Shown one piece after another: positions 26,301-41,225 of a DNA stretch of 64,000 nt. A program made the position numbers and the translations under genes. Every line of letters starts with the position of its first letter. Within the stretch, counting starts at the first letter, position 1. Below the pieces are notes generated by a model, which saw nothing but the letters and a program-made list of their open reading frames with translations, did no database searches and was not told where the DNA came from. Location of the stretch: the NCBI RefSeq assembly GCF_004010195.1, contig NC_057751.1, positions 4,080,961-4,144,960 of the forward strand, in the 5' to 3' direction. Source of the stretch: Chiloscyllium plagiosum (lineage: Eukaryota).

Positions 26301-27149
26301 GTTCATTAGCAAAATCGGTTTACAAAAACAAATCAGAGATGTCCGCCAAGTTGACACAGCATTTGCAACAACAGGAGATGTTGAGTTCTACCCTCCTGAG
26401 TGGGAGAAAGGAAAAATAAAGCAGGCTTCTAGCAATAATTCCTCTTCAGAGGGTAGCTGCTGGCACGTGAGAATGGTGTTTGAGGAAATGATCGGTGGCG
26501 TGACTGACATCCCATAAATAACCCGAACAGAAATAGCATTTGAGCTCCCACTTGTGTGAAGTTTCACACGGCATCAATTAAGTGCAAAATTGTTGCTAAT
26601 AAAAGTGGAGGAGAAAGATTCAAATGGGGTGAGAGTGTGGAGAAATGAGATGCAGTGAATTCTCAGGATATTTATGATCTGTAAATGTGAACAGCTGATT
26701 GTGTGGGTGGCTGTGTCTCTGTGTTTAGGAAGGCAAGTCAATGCATTTTGAAATTAGCAGGTGGTTCCAAATGGAGGTGATAACAAATTGAGTCACCTTT
26801 GGTTGTATTCACAAGATTTGTTGCATTAGATTTATAACCATGATATGATATGCTGTTTTGTATCAAAGACATTGATGTACAGATGGTTCAAATCTTGCTC
26901 AACCTTTAATTCTTTTCAAATGCATTTTTCTTGTGGTAATTAACAACTAGTATGATTGTGTTCAATTAGTTTTGCTGGTGAATAGGTAATGCTGAAAGAA
27001 TTCAGAAAATATGGTTTCAGCTTTTCTGCCAATGACAACCAAAAATTGAAGTGTTTCACTTCTGGGCACATAATTGGCCACTCTTACTGTGTCTGGCCAA
27101 AGTTTATTCTAAACCCAAATTCATTCAGTTTTTTAAAAAATCACTGGCT

Positions 27150-27950
27150 GGACCAGCATGACGCCCATCCCTAATTGCACTGGAAATGGTGATGGTGAAC
27201 TGCCTCGTTGATGCACTGCAATCCATGGGGTGTCAGTACACCGACAATGCTGTTTGGAGGGTGCTCCAGGACTTTTAACCAGCAACAACAAAGGAACAGC
27301 AATACATTTCCAATTCTGCATGGTGAGTGACTTGGAAGGGAACTTGCAGATGGTCATGATCTCTTGTATCTGCTGCCCCTGTGCTTTTGATGGTATTGGC
27401 CAGGGGTTTGGAAGGTGCTGTCCTAAGAGTGTTGGTGATTTTCTACAGTGCAAATTGTAGATGTTGGACGCTATTGCTGCTGAGCATCGGTGGCGGAGGG
27501 AGTGGATGTTTGTGGATGTGGTGCCAATTAAGCAGGCTGCAATGTCCTGGGTGGACCTAACTGTTTGAGTATGTTGGAGCAAATGAGAAATATTGTGTCA
27601 CACTCCTGACTGGTGCCTTGCAGATGGTGGGGAGTGAAGAGGTAAATTACCCGCTGTCGGATTCCTAGCCTCTGACCTACTCTCAGCCACAGCGAGCTAG
27701 CTTACATACTTATCATCAACCTGGGCTACAAATCTTCTCAAAAATTGCGAACAGCATTTGTATGTCTCATCCAGTTGAGTTTCTGGTAAATGGTAACCCC
27801 CCAGGATGTAGATGGTGGGGTATTCAGTGATAGTAATGCTATTGAATGTCAAGTGGCAGCGTTTACATTGTCTGTCTGTTTCTTGTTGGAGATGATCATT
27901 GCCTGGCAATTTTTGTGGTGCCAACATCACTTGCCACTTCTTCGCCCAAG
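27150..27950 (-). mobile_element. Degraded LINE 3' fragment (same family as 7690-9236)
   Basis: ACLIGTTSTNIHSLRHR remnant. Its 27770-27900 portion is the reverse complement of sequence similar to 9110-9236. Confidence 0.55.
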
Positions 27951-29497
27951 CTGAAGGGACAGGTCAGGGGTGTGAGAGACCATTTCAGAGGTTTTCAAAA
28001 TAATGAGGAGGCTTGATGGGGTAGATAAGGAGAAATCTAAAAAGGATTATGAACAAGAGAGCATAAGTTTAAATCATTTACAAAAGGAGCAGATGTGATC
28101 CAAAAAACAACTTCTTCACACATTCACTGGAATACACTGCCTGAAAGTGTGTGGAGGCAAGTTCAACTGAGGCATTCAAGAGGGGCATGGGATTAATATT
28201 TGGGTTGGAATAATCTGCAAGGGACTGGGGATAAAAAGCAGAAAATTGGCAGCACGGAATGATGCTCACTTCGAGGGCAGCCGCAGACCTAATGACCTGA
28301 ATAGACTCCTTCTGTGATGTGAACAAAGTTAGTAAAACATGAAAGGAAACAAAGAGGATAGATAGAGAGAAACCATTTCTGCTGGTCGACCTATCTTGGG
28401 CAGGAAGGTGTGGCTTAAAAATTACAGCCGAACCTTTCTGAAGTGCTATCAGGTAACACATCTCACAATTGTTGGAATGAATTTTGGAACTCACTTCCAC
28501 AAATGGTGGAATTAATGCTGGGTTAGATCTCTTTTAAATTTGAGGTTTGTGGATTTTTGATATCCACAGATATTAAAGGATATGTGCCAAGGTTGGTGTC
28601 CAGATTTAGTTACCAATTTGTTCTGATCTCAGCAATTGATAAAACAGGTCAATGGGATGGAGTGACCTTCTCTTGTTCCGATCTGCTCCAGACCCAGGTA
28701 GTGTCTTGAGGGTCCCGTTGTTGGCATCCCTTTCTCTGAATGATAAGCTCTGGTTTGAAGTCCTGGTCCAGGACTTGATGGTCAATGAAGGTGCATTTAT
28801 AATACGGCCAGACAGGTTGAGTATTTGGTCAATAACAGATGCTCGGAAGAGAAGAGACACCTGATCAGCCATAACATGTTGGGGCCTTGCTCATCACTAT
28901 CCACACCTCCAAAATGAACTACACACAAGAAAGTGCATGTTGCCACAGCAACTCTGACTCCTTGCGTGAACTGTAATCCACCACTGCCAATTTGGAATAC
29001 CTTGCACAGTTCAATTGCTGGGAGAAAGTAAAGGGGCAAAAGGACAAACCATTCCCACTTTCAGAGGGCATACTGCACCCGTTTATTGTGGCACATCAGC
29101 ATCCTTCATAATGTCATCTATTACTGGCTAATGTAAAACCGAATAGCCTGAGACCCCGCTGTTGTGTGCCACGAATGCATTTGAAATGAGATCTGATATA
29201 TGTAATGTGCAGAAAGAATTCAAGAGCACTTCAGTTTCACTGGGCCTTACAGAGTCTATAAATAAACTGCAGCCCAGTTTGCCTTGTACACAGTAACATG
29301 AAATGAGATGGCTGATAAAGATCTCATGATTTGTGTTTCAGGCATCTGTCGGGTGAGAATTGGAGTGCATTTCCTCCACCTTTAGGTTTTTTAATCCCTT
29401 CTGTTGATAGATCAGAGATACACCTCCTACCCATTGCAGAGAGGACACTGGCAACAGTGCTGGCACTGGGCCACAACTCATTGCATGAAAGCAAGAA

Positions 29498-29792
29498 TGT
29501 TGTTTCATGGAATCCATACAACGTAGAAGCAGGCCATTCATCCCATCAAGTCCATACCAACCCTCTGAAGAGCATCCCTCCAGACTCTTTTTTTTTCAAA
29601 TGTTTTTTCCCCCTCCCTAATCTATCCCTGTAATTCTGCACATCTTTGGACTGTGGGAGGAAACCAGTGCACCCGGAGGAAACCAATAGGGAGAATGTGC
29701 AAACAACGCACAAAAAGTCACCCGAGACTGGAAACAAACCTGGGTCCCTGGCGCTGTAAGACAGCACTGATAACCACTGAGCTCCCCTGCCA
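29498..29792 (-). mobile_element. Diverged HE1-like V-SINE
   Basis: ctgcacatctttggactgtgggaggaaacc...ggagaatgtgcaaac V-domain plus a degraded head. Confidence 0.7.
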
Positions 29793-31062
29793 CTTTAAGA
29801 TCAATGATGTCTGTGCCAATCATAAGCCAAGCTCTGCCTTCAATATCATTGAGTTGATAGAAAGGTAAATATGTTCATCCAATGTGCTAGATAGTCTGTT
29901 TATCGAAAGATCAGCTGTGGCATGGAGAGCTGGAGAGATCCCCAATTCCATTCCTGCCCAGTGTTGAGTCAGCTGATGGATAGGCAGCACAAATTGTAGA
30001 GTGCCTAAGTGCCTTGTCCAAGAGTAAGGGGAAACCATTCAGCTGCTTCTGCGCTTGATCTTGATCCATCTTCTGACTATGTGCTTGCGAACATGTCTGG
30101 GCTTTTCAGTCTGTCAATGTAATCATTCATCATTTTTCAGTGATGGAATATGGTGACGAGTGCACCGTACCCAAAGCTAGGACACCATGCTTGTGCAACT
30201 GTCTGACTGCAATCTTTCATCCAGTCATTTAAATCAGTGGAAAATTGCTATCTTTAGTTAGAAGAAAGAAAAATCTGATAGCAACATTAGATCGAGAGAA
30301 ATATTCTCTGAGACGTGGATAATACTTGAAAGATTGGTATGCTCAATAAATGCATGACAAATACTTGTGCTATTTATAAATCCCAGCTGGCATCTAAGAT
30401 TACATTGCAGTTTCAGTTGTCAGTAACAACACTCAGCTTTCCCAAGTTACACACACTTTACACAGTTTGTTTGATTTCTATGTAAGACATTAAATTTTCC
30501 TTGCCGTTTGAGCATTCTGTCCATGTCTCTGCTACAGGTGCTGATATTCATCAGAGGGTATTGCCTCTTTTGTGAGGTCACTGCTACATTACCAGGATGC
30601 AATGTGTGTTTAATCACAGCTATGTTTAGTGAGCACACAAACAAAGTGTTGTCAAGTGGTGACTGTGTGAAATTTGAGAAAAAACCCTGAAACACAATTT
30701 ATTACAGCTATTTCTCATATTACATGTGTTTTTTATAGACACTCCTGCAAATATAGATGATGCACCCTTCATAGCTTCAGGGCATCTCAAAGCTAGTGAA
30801 ATAATTTAGAAGCCACCCAAAAAATCTTGTGATTCCTTCACATTGTCAGAGCACAACTTGTCAGATTGTTGCAATTTTATGTGTACAGCTCAAGAAGGGG
30901 AGTGCAGAGCGATGGGTTAATTGTTTTGTACTGTCCCAGCAAAGAGCTGGCACAACACAATGGGTTGAATGTCATTTTCAGCTGCAAACTCTGGTAGGAA
31001 GAAAGAAAGAAAGAAAGCAATAATTCTGGCATTTCCAGTGTGTGCATTTTGTTTTAATATGA

Positions 31063-31365
<303 letters not shown>

Positions 31366-33173
31366 TGATAGTGAGATCTCAAATATTGCAAAAGCAGGAT
31401 CTTGTGCAGAAAAAATGTTGACTATTAACAGATGCTCAGGGATCAATACCATATCTTTCAATTCAGCACTTTACGACATTGTGAAATTAATATTGTGTTC
31501 AACAATTCCTGCTCCTAGGGAAAGCGGGTGGTGGCAATAAGTTTTGCCAGTTACAGCTCATTTAGCCCTTTTTTTTAATCTGCCCTTCCCCTTTTATGTT
31601 ATCTTTGCGTGCCCAGTACATTTTCCAAATTCTTTTGTTTTCGCCCTTGTGCTGTGATCCTGTTGAATCTCTCCTGCCTTTCACACTATCAGTGTTTTTT
31701 TGATCTTTTGCTTCCTTTCTCACTTTTCCTGCATCTGTACTTGGTAAAAATCTGGTAAAGCTGTGAAATTTTCTACTTTTCGCACAAGGTCAATGATGGG
31801 AAATTATTTTGCGTAGATGCTGCCTAATTTGGTGACTATCAATATTTTCTGTATGTTATAAAACAGGCAATATATTTTAGTACACAGGCCTGATGGACTG
31901 AACAACCTTCATCCTGCCTCATTCTGTGATTGCTGATATTATAGGCATGAGATGCGAAATACAAATGCTTTGTTTACTCCAGATAGCCAGTGGGTGAAGG
32001 AGGAATGCAAAGCTAACCTTTATTTGGAATAGCCTTATTCACAAAGTGAAACATTATAAATACATATCTCTTGATTCCATTCCATTCTTGTCTCTTAATA
32101 TGTCCTTCAGGGACCATCCAATCTTAACTGTCCATCTGTACGTTCTTAGTTTTAATTTAAACAATTCGCAAGCACAATCATCTATCAATAAGCAGGAACT
32201 AAAGACAGGGAATTTGGATAATTTTAACTTGTGCATTATATCACACCTTTGGAGCAGTTGAGACTTGAACCTAGACCTCCTGGGTTTGAGATAGGGAAAC
32301 AACCATGCACTACAAAAGCCCCAGGAGATTTACAATTAAATGAACTTAGAATCAAAATGAGAGAACTTGACTGGCTGGATGCTGTGGGAAAGACTCAGAA
32401 GATCACAGTTTAACAATCCATGAAGTCTTTTGAAGTCAGAGGTGAAGAGAATTTCTTTACTCTGTGAAGGTCATTAATCTACAGAGTTATCTTGTCTTGA
32501 GAGCAGTGGAGGCTTGGTGAATGGATATTCTTTTAGTTGAGGCAGATGGATTCTTGACTAATGAGTAAGTCCAAGGTTATTGAATAGGCAGGGAAGAGAC
32601 ATTGAAGGTACAGTCAGATCAGTCATTGACTGAGTGAATGGTAAAAGAGGCTTGGGGGCCAAATGGCCCTGTTGGGCTCCTGATCTGTGTCTTCGTATGT
32701 ATGCACTACAATAAGAACTGGAATTCATGCTTGCACTCACGGTATCTTGCCATTTCATTTGTCTTTGGAGTGTTGGTCATGCTGTTTCTATAAAGTATAA
32801 ACAAAGAACTGCAGTTGCTGTAAATCTGAAACGCAAAGTGTGGAAGAAACTCAGCAGGTCTGACAGCATCTGTAGAGAGAGAAACAGATTCAACGTTTCG
32901 AGTCCAGTGTCCCTTTGTCAGAATGGTGTTAGAAACATTAACTCTGTTCCTCTTCACAGATGCTGCTACCAGACCAGTTGAGTTTCTCCAGCACTTTGTA
33001 TTTTAGCATAAGGTAGTTTCTGCTTGTCCTGAGGGTCAGTCTGACTTTGTATGTATGTCGGTTAGGTAGGACCGAGTGGGACTCATTCAATGAAATTTGG
33101 GCCTTTACAGAGAGGCAACTGTTACTCAGATGCTTTGGCCCTCAGCTATACAATTTTCTCAATGTCCTCCTTC

Positions 33174-33176
<3 letters not shown>

Positions 33177-33216
<40 letters not shown>
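33177..33216. repeat. (TC)n microsatellite
   Basis: About 20 perfect TC units. Confidence 0.95.
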
Positions 33217-33219
<3 letters not shown>

Positions 33220-33374
33220 TTCCTGTTTTAGGGGGACACCTTAAATTTTGCATGTTTAACTCAGCTTTTGGTTAACTGATCTAAAATTTCCTTCGTGATT
33301 CAATATTATATTTGGTTTAATAATATTCTGTGAAGCATGCAGGGTATCCTATTACTTTAAAGATGCAATCTAAA

Positions 33375-35315
33375 TTCAAGTTGTGAAGGGCAGGTCTGGT
33401 AGGTGAAAAGGATGCGAGATGATAGAAATTGAGGCTCTGGTCAAGAAAAAGAGAAGGAAGCATATATCAGGTATAGACCGCTGCAATCAAGTCAATCCCT
33501 GAAAGAGTTATAAGGGCAGTAGGTGTATGCTTAAGAGGGAAATCAGGAGAGTAAAAAGTGGATGTGAGATAGATTTGACAAATAGACTTCAGAAGAATCC
33601 AAAGAGATTCTACAAATACAATAAGGACGAAAGAGTAACCAGGGAGACAGTTGGGCTCCTGAAAGATCAACATGGCTGTCCAAATGTGGAACCACAGGAA
33701 ATGGTTGAGATACTTAAAAACCTTTTGCATCAATATTTACTGTAGAGAAGGATATGGAAATGAGGGAACTTGGCGAAATAAATGGTCATGTCTTGAAAAG
33801 AGTTCATATTTTAGATGAGGAGGTGCTAGAGGCCTTAGAACACAATAAGGTAGATAATTCCCTGGGACCTGATCAGGTGCTTCCCAGAAATTTTTCAAGA
33901 AGAGATTTCTGGGCCCCTTACTGAGATATTTGGATCATCAACAGCCATGGGGGAGGTGCTGAGAGACTGAAGGTTTGCTAATGCGTTGTCATTATTTAAG
34001 AAACACTTTGAGGAAAAGCCAGGGAGCTCAAAACAGGTAAGCCTTCAGTCAGTGTTGGGTAACTTGTTAGAGCCGATTCTCAGTGACAGGACACAACGTG
34101 CATTTGGAAAAGCAAGGACCAATCAGGGATAGTAAGCGTGGCTTTGGAAATTATGGGAAATCATATTTCAGAAATTTGATTGAGTTTTTTGAAGAGGTGA
34201 CAAAGAAGATTGAAGGCAGAGCTGTAGACCTTATCTCCATGGACTTCAGCAAAGCATTCGAGAAACTTCTGCATGGTAGACTGGTTAGTCAGGTGAGATC
34301 ACATGAGATCCAGAGAGCGCTAGCCAATTCAGTACAAAATTGGCGAGAAGGTAGAAGAGGGTGATGGTACAGGATTGTTTTTTGGACTGGAGGCCTGTGA
34401 CAAGTTGACAAGTAGTAGATTTATTTCTCCTTCATTTATGTAAGTATCTTGGATATGAATATGGAAGGTACGTTAGTAAGTTTGCATATGACACCCAAAT
34501 TGGAGGTGCAATGGACAGTGTAGAACTTTATCTCAGAGTACATTGGTACGTTGATCAGAAGGGCTAATGGGCCAAGAAATGGTTGAATTTAAATGAATAC
34601 AAGATGCTGCATTTTGATGAGGCAAACCAGGGCAGAACTTAGACAGTTAATGGTTGGGGAGTGTTGACGAATAAAGAGACCTTGGGGTGCAGGTGCATAG
34701 TTCCTTGGAAATGGAGTCACAGGTAGATAGGGTTCATTGGTCATAACATGAAGTCGAGGAGTTGGGATGTCATCATGTGGCTGGAGAGGACGGTAGTTAG
34801 GCCACTTTTGGAATATTGCATTCAGTTCTGATCTTACTGTTGTAGGAAAGATGTTGCTAAACTTGAAAGGGTCCAGAAAACATTTGAAAGGATGTTGCTG
34901 GGACTGGAGCGTTTGAGCTATAGAAAGAGGCTGAATAGGCTGGGGACTTTTTCCCTGGAGCATTGGAGACTGAGGGCTGATCTCTTAGAGGTTTATAAAA
35001 TAATGACGGGAATGAATAGGGTGAATAGCCAAGGTCTTTTTTTTTCCAGGCTAGGAGAGTCCAAAACTGGAGGGTTTAAGGTGAGAGGGGCAAGATTTAA
35101 AAGGGATCGGAGGGGCAGAGGATGTTGGGTGTATGGATCAAGCTACCAGAGAAGATGATGGAGGTGGGTACAATGGAACATTTAAAAGGCATCTGGATGA
35201 GTATATGAATAAGAAGGGATTAGGGGGATATGGGCCAAATGCTGGCAAACAGGACTTAGTCAGATTGGGATGTCTAGTCGGCATGGACTGTTTCCATCAT
35301 GTATAACTATATGCC
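33375..35315 (+). mobile_element. CR1-type LINE, about 1.9 kb 5'-truncated and degraded ORF2
   Basis: NPKRFYKY, NLIEFFEEVTKKI..AVDLISMDFSKAF, LRADLLEVYKIM and the CR1 3' tail. Many stops and frameshifts. Confidence 0.9.
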
Positions 35316-38148
35316 TCGATAAGTTATTGTTGCACATGGTTATTTGTGCTTACATTTATTTGAGTGGAAAACAATAACACAGCACAACAAACACTTGAAC
35401 TTCAAAACAAAGGCAGAAAATGCCACAAGTACTCAGGAGATCAGGCAGTATCTGTGGAGAGAGAAAGGGTTTACCCTTCAGTTTGATGAGTTTGAGTCCG
35501 ATTTAATAAAGTATGTTTAGCAATGTGTGACCTCGATTCTCAATCCCTTGATTAGAGTTCTGGTATAGTCATTGCAAAGCTCCAGTACCCTCAATTTGAT
35601 TTTGCGAAAGGCAGAGTAATTTACTTCGACTCATTATCATTCACATGGGGAGATTGGTGTTGAGCTTTACTTCTGAGTTCAAGAAATCTGAACAGCATTG
35701 AAAACCATGGAGCATAAAATGTTGTATCACTGGGAAAAGAAAGAGAATTGAAGTTGGCATTAATTACAGCTGAAGAGGGTAATGTCTTTCAAAATACATC
35801 AGTCAGTAGTGTTCTCACCTCTGTCAGAATGTTGTGGGTTCAACATTGAACCCATCGTGGGTTCAACTGCTCCAGAAACCTGGGCAAATCATTTAGCTAA
35901 CTTCCTAATCAGTGATGCTATTACTCATGTCTGAGCAGGTTGGACTTTAACCTGGGCCTGTTGCCCAGAGGTAGGGACACTGCCACAACAGACATCTTGA
36001 GCACGTAATCTCTGCTGATTTACAGATGCATAGGCAGTACAACAGTGTCAAAGGTGCCATCTTTCATGTGGATTATGAAACAAAAGCCCTGTCTGCCCTC
36101 CCGGATGGACATGTTCAGCCCTGCAATCTTCATTCACTGAACAGCATGGAAAGTTTTGCCAATGTAATGTCTTGGCCAATATTTATTTCTCAGTACGGCT
36201 TTTACTGGTTTTGTCCATAATCTGCGTAACTATCATACAAGATATCATGTCATCTGTCAGATGACGTAATACTTGGAATGTATTCATAGGTCCAGAATGA
36301 CATGGTCAGTAAGAGCTCTCTAGCAACAAAGGAAACAGAACATCAGTCAATGTGGCAGGTTATCTGTTTATCATTACATTGTTTTTGATGGGAATTTGCT
36401 GTTCTCAGGTGGAGTACTGCTTTTCCTGTATGACAACAGTGAGTACACTTCAGTACATTGCACCACAATGAATTGTTTGCTCTATGTCCATCATTTCTCT
36501 TAAGTGGAAAGATGATGACAAATACACTTAAATAAAACATGTTTAACTGTGAAACCGTCCAGGATGTCCCAAGATCATCAAAGTTACTTTTTAATGCGGA
36601 TAGTTTTATCAGGAGCATCCAGTTTAACCTATTAAAAACATGTAAACATTGGTTGATAGCTAACAAGTTTTTGAAGATGTAAGTTTTAATTTGTAAATAA
36701 ATATAGGTATGTTGAGTTGCAAACCCAAGAGGACATTACTGGTGTTAGTTACATAATCCCAATTTTGTTTCTGTAAAGGCATGGTGTTTTACCTGTTCAA
36801 TAATGTGACAGCACTGGCAAATCAGTGTTAATTGATCATCCCCTATTCTACTGAGATCATTAAAAGTCAAAACGTGTTTTGTTTCCTGGCATCAGTCCTT
36901 GACATACCTTTTTAACAGTTTGAAGCTATATTCCCCTGCTGTACAATTTCAGTATAACTTACATTCATGTTCCAGTTGCATCCTTCTCCATATTTGTAAC
37001 TGTTCCACACGATTATGAGATTACCAATAACACTGTTAGATCACTGACATTTTTCCAATCAGACTTTGAGTCCACTGGTAGATTCAGGTACAACTTTGTT
37101 ACAGCTTCAGATTTTTTTTGCAGTAAGGCATGCAAAGACTTCAGATTGTGTACAGTTAAAACTTAAGAGTGCCCACATCCCTCTTGATATTATTGGTCTG
37201 TGGCATTGAGATGTCCCTCTGTAATTCGCTGTCTCATACAACATATGAAAGAGATGGACAGGCTGGTGGTCCATTCATGGTCATGATATTTTCAGTAACT
37301 TCAATGATAAGGCGGGGGGCGGAAAGGGGGCTGAACCTGGTTTGAATCTTTTCTTTTGCTGAATATTTTGCATATATGCGGATCTATAACTACCTCAGAA
37401 TCTGTATCTATGATTATCTGAAGAGTCTGTACTGAAACCGACTCTTAATATTGCAACAGATTGATTAAATAATTCAAGAGGAACAACTATTTATGTAAGC
37501 TGCATGCTCTATCTAAGCTGGTGACCTTGATTGAACAGTTTTGCTCTGTTCGACTTGCTGAGACCACATTTTCCGAAGGCTGTCTGCCTACTGTCAGCCA
37601 TGTTCTGCTGCATTCTGTCAGCCTTTGTCTAATCAGTTATGGGCAACCCCATTGGCTATTTTGTGCCACTTGGTCATGGGCAGCACTAACAAGCACCAAT
37701 CCGAAATTACACCTCAGCCTTCCACCATCAGACGCCAACCTTTTAGTTCTTCTTTACACTGTTGCCAGTGCTTGAATGTCTCCCTTGTATCTTCACACCA
37801 AAAGGTGAAGGAGAATTCAAGATGCTGTCCTGTTATTATGCACCTCAGAGACAGTTTGTTCTCTCCCACACTCTGGTATTTTGGCAGTGCAGTTAAGTAT
37901 TTTGGCAACATAGTTCGATATGAGTGTAACTGAACATTGGGTGGGCACGCTATCTGCCAAATCAACTAAAGCACGTGACTCTAATACATTTGGGTGTCAA
38001 CTCCGACAACATTCTTCATGGAAGAAATGTCTGGTTTATGTTCTGTTCCTTGGCACTGGTCATTATGGGGCAGGGACTGAGGGTGTCACTTTTCAGGCAA
38101 GGGATTTGAAATGCATAAAATCACCTCCTCAGTTTGTTTTTTGTTTGA

Positions 38149-38298
<150 letters not shown>

Positions 38299-39032
38299 TG
38301 AGTGGGAAACTCCAGATTTCCAGTTGAAGCATTTAGTCATGGAGGAAAGAAATACTGAAGCAACCAATGGCATGAAAACTCCATTCTCTTCAGAATATTC
38401 TGCTTTCCATAAGCTACATTCCACCACAATTCAAATGCGAAAAAAGACTTTTTTCACCTTTGTAAATGCATGCCTTACAATGTCCTGCAGGGTTTATTTT
38501 CAGAGTGAACCATCATGAAATGAAAATTAGCATTTGATGCCAAACTGTAATCCTTTTGATAAACTCAGTATTTCATGAACAAATCTGAAATGAGAGAAAT
38601 GTTGTGAATCTGGGGAATTGCAGCCCTCAGCCAATGAAGTATTCTCTCGGAATGATGCAGCATCTCTGCTGCGTCATTCAACTGCACTGTGAACCTTTCA
38701 CTCTGGAGACATGCTCTGCATCATTTTGAAAACCTGGCCAATGAAGGAGCCTGAGATCAAACTTCCACTGGTGCCAATCGAGGAGAGTTTCATCTGCAAC
38801 TATTTTATTCCATGTATTTGATTTTCAAGTCTTCATTGATAAGTGCAGCTAATTTGCAATGACTTAATCCGCATGCAATCGGTGTTCACCTCAATAATAG
38901 ACATAGTCAGATATTGCAGCGCTTCGTTCCTATAAATGTCAGTGAAGAACAGTTATTTTTAAGCAAATTATGGCTGCATTTAAGGGGAGGCTGGATAAAT
39001 GTATCTGGGGGAGAAGGCCAGAATAATGTTGT

Positions 39033-39358
39033 TGGTAAAATCAATGACTGCAGATGCTGGAAACCAGATTTTGGATTAGTGGTGCTGGAAAAGCACAGCA
39101 GTTCAGGCAGGATTGAAGAAGTTTTCCTCCTCTCTCTACAAGAATCTCAGGGAGTCCCTCTCCCACTGCAACTCCCAGGTCATTTCCTCTGCCCTGAACC
39201 TCTATTCTATGCTACTTTCTCCCCACCTTCCTCTCATTTATCTCTCCACCCTTCAGGCACTCTGCCTGTATTCCTGATGAAGGGCTTTTGCCCGAAACGT
39301 CGATTTTCCTGCTCCTCGGATGCTGCCTGAACTGCTGTGCTTTTCCAGCACCACTGAT
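39033..39358. mobile_element. Fold-back PLE-terminus element with 15-bp TSD and intact hammerhead core
   Basis: TSD ccagaataatgttgt at 39018-39032 and 39359-39373. A partial inverted arm, a pyrimidine-rich spacer, then the + arm with the core. Confidence 0.85.
39270..39305 (+). ncRNA. Minimal type I hammerhead ribozyme motif (PLE type)
   Basis: attc-CTGATGA-A-GGGC-TTTT-GCCC-GAA-ACGT-C-gatt. Palindromic ACGU stem III, GUC cleavage triplet, weak stem I. Confidence 0.6.
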
Positions 39359-39571
39359 CCAGAATAATGTTGTGACAGGCTAAGATTAAATAGGGCAAGT
39401 CCATTGGAAACATAAAACACCAGCATGCATCAGACAGGCTGAATGGTCTGTTGCTGTGTGATGCATGCTATGAAATAAAATGCAATCGCTAAGGTTTCTG
39501 ATACATCCATTGGCGACACAAGCATTATGTCACTGTGTGGTCTCTAGCTCTTTTGGAATTGTAATGGGTAA

Positions 39572-39793
<222 letters not shown>

Positions 39794-40834
39794 TAATGCC
39801 TATGTTCACGTCAAGTGAGGAAATGTAATTTGTACTCATATTTTAGTATCTGGTCAAATTACAACCAACAGTCAGAGTTTTCCCCCGAAAGTCCAATTGA
39901 CTTTATCTAAAGAATTGATGAGCAGATAGTCTTTGTGAAATGTGAGTCTGCAAACTTTGGTCAGGATAGCCAGTCCAGTAATCCTCTGTCAGGTGAAGTA
40001 TGGGAAGGAATCCATACCCAAGTTGGGTGGAGGTAGAATTGGGCCAGGTTTTGTGCCCTTCGTTCCCCCACAAGAATTGACTGACTGAACCTGGATCACA
40101 AGTAGAAATGTTTACCTGAATGAGGTACCATGAGGTAATTCATGCCAGTGCAAAGCAACCTCATTGTGAGTCATTCAGGAGAAACCCATGAAGAGAAAAT
40201 TTGGGAATGCATCATGGATGTGATTGGCCAGCCTGACTCATTTATGATGTTTTGGTTTGGAAAATTAAAACAAAGAAAAATCAAATCTCCAGTACCCTTC
40301 AACATGTCTCCTCATCTTGCTGGCCATCCCACCCTTACCCTTCAGCAGAGTAGCAATTCTGTACTGTTGACTCCCAAATCAACTGCTGCACTGTCTATCA
40401 AGCCTCGTTCATTGAAAAGCCTTGGTTTAATGTTTGTTTCAGGCGAGATTAAGAATTACCTGGATGAAAATGATACTCGTGAGTATTGAATGTTTTTAAC
40501 TGCTGCACAAGTTATTTAAAGGTTTTCTCAATGCTCTAACCATGCAAAGCCTGTTATTTCCCATGCAAAGCTGGCAATACTTCATTTACATCCGTAGCAG
40601 TGGATTTTGGGCAGTAACTTATTAATACACTGTCATATGTGCCAGAGAATATTCAGTTTCATTTGAAGGTCGCGAAATTGAATATCATTGGGATGAAGCA
40701 TATGGGGATGAGGTGGGATATTCACGATAGGGAATCACCTTAGATACAGTCAGTTTGTACCACCACCTGATCTTGCCCCATGGACTTCTTCATGATCAGC
40801 TTCAATCTCCCATTATGAATATAAGCATCTACAA

Positions 40835-41225
40835 CATAGGAACTGGAGTAGGCCATTCAGCCCCTCAAACCTGTTCTACCATTCAATCAGGTCATTGCTG
40901 ATCTGTGGCTTAATCCATCCACTCCCTTTGGCCCATATCCCTTCACACTTGCTCAATAGAAATGTATCTGTTTAAAACGAAAAACTGATCCAGAATCCAC
41001 TGCTGTTTGTGGAAGAGAGTTCCAAACCTCTATCACCCTTTGTGTGTGGAAGTGCTTCCAAACATGTCCCCTGGATAGTCTGGACCTAATTCTCAGACTG
41101 CGTCCCAAGTTCTCGAAGTCCCAACCATCGGAAATCGTTTATCTTTATCTTCCCCTGTCTTTTGCTGTTAATGTCTTGAAGACTTTGATCAGATCACCCT
41201 TTAATCTTGTAAATTCAAGAAAAAA
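40835..41225 (-). mobile_element. Old CR1-type LINE 3' fragment
   Basis: ggagtaggccattcagcccctc tail, agagttccaaacctctatcaccct and agatcaccctttaatctt motifs. Confidence 0.6.
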
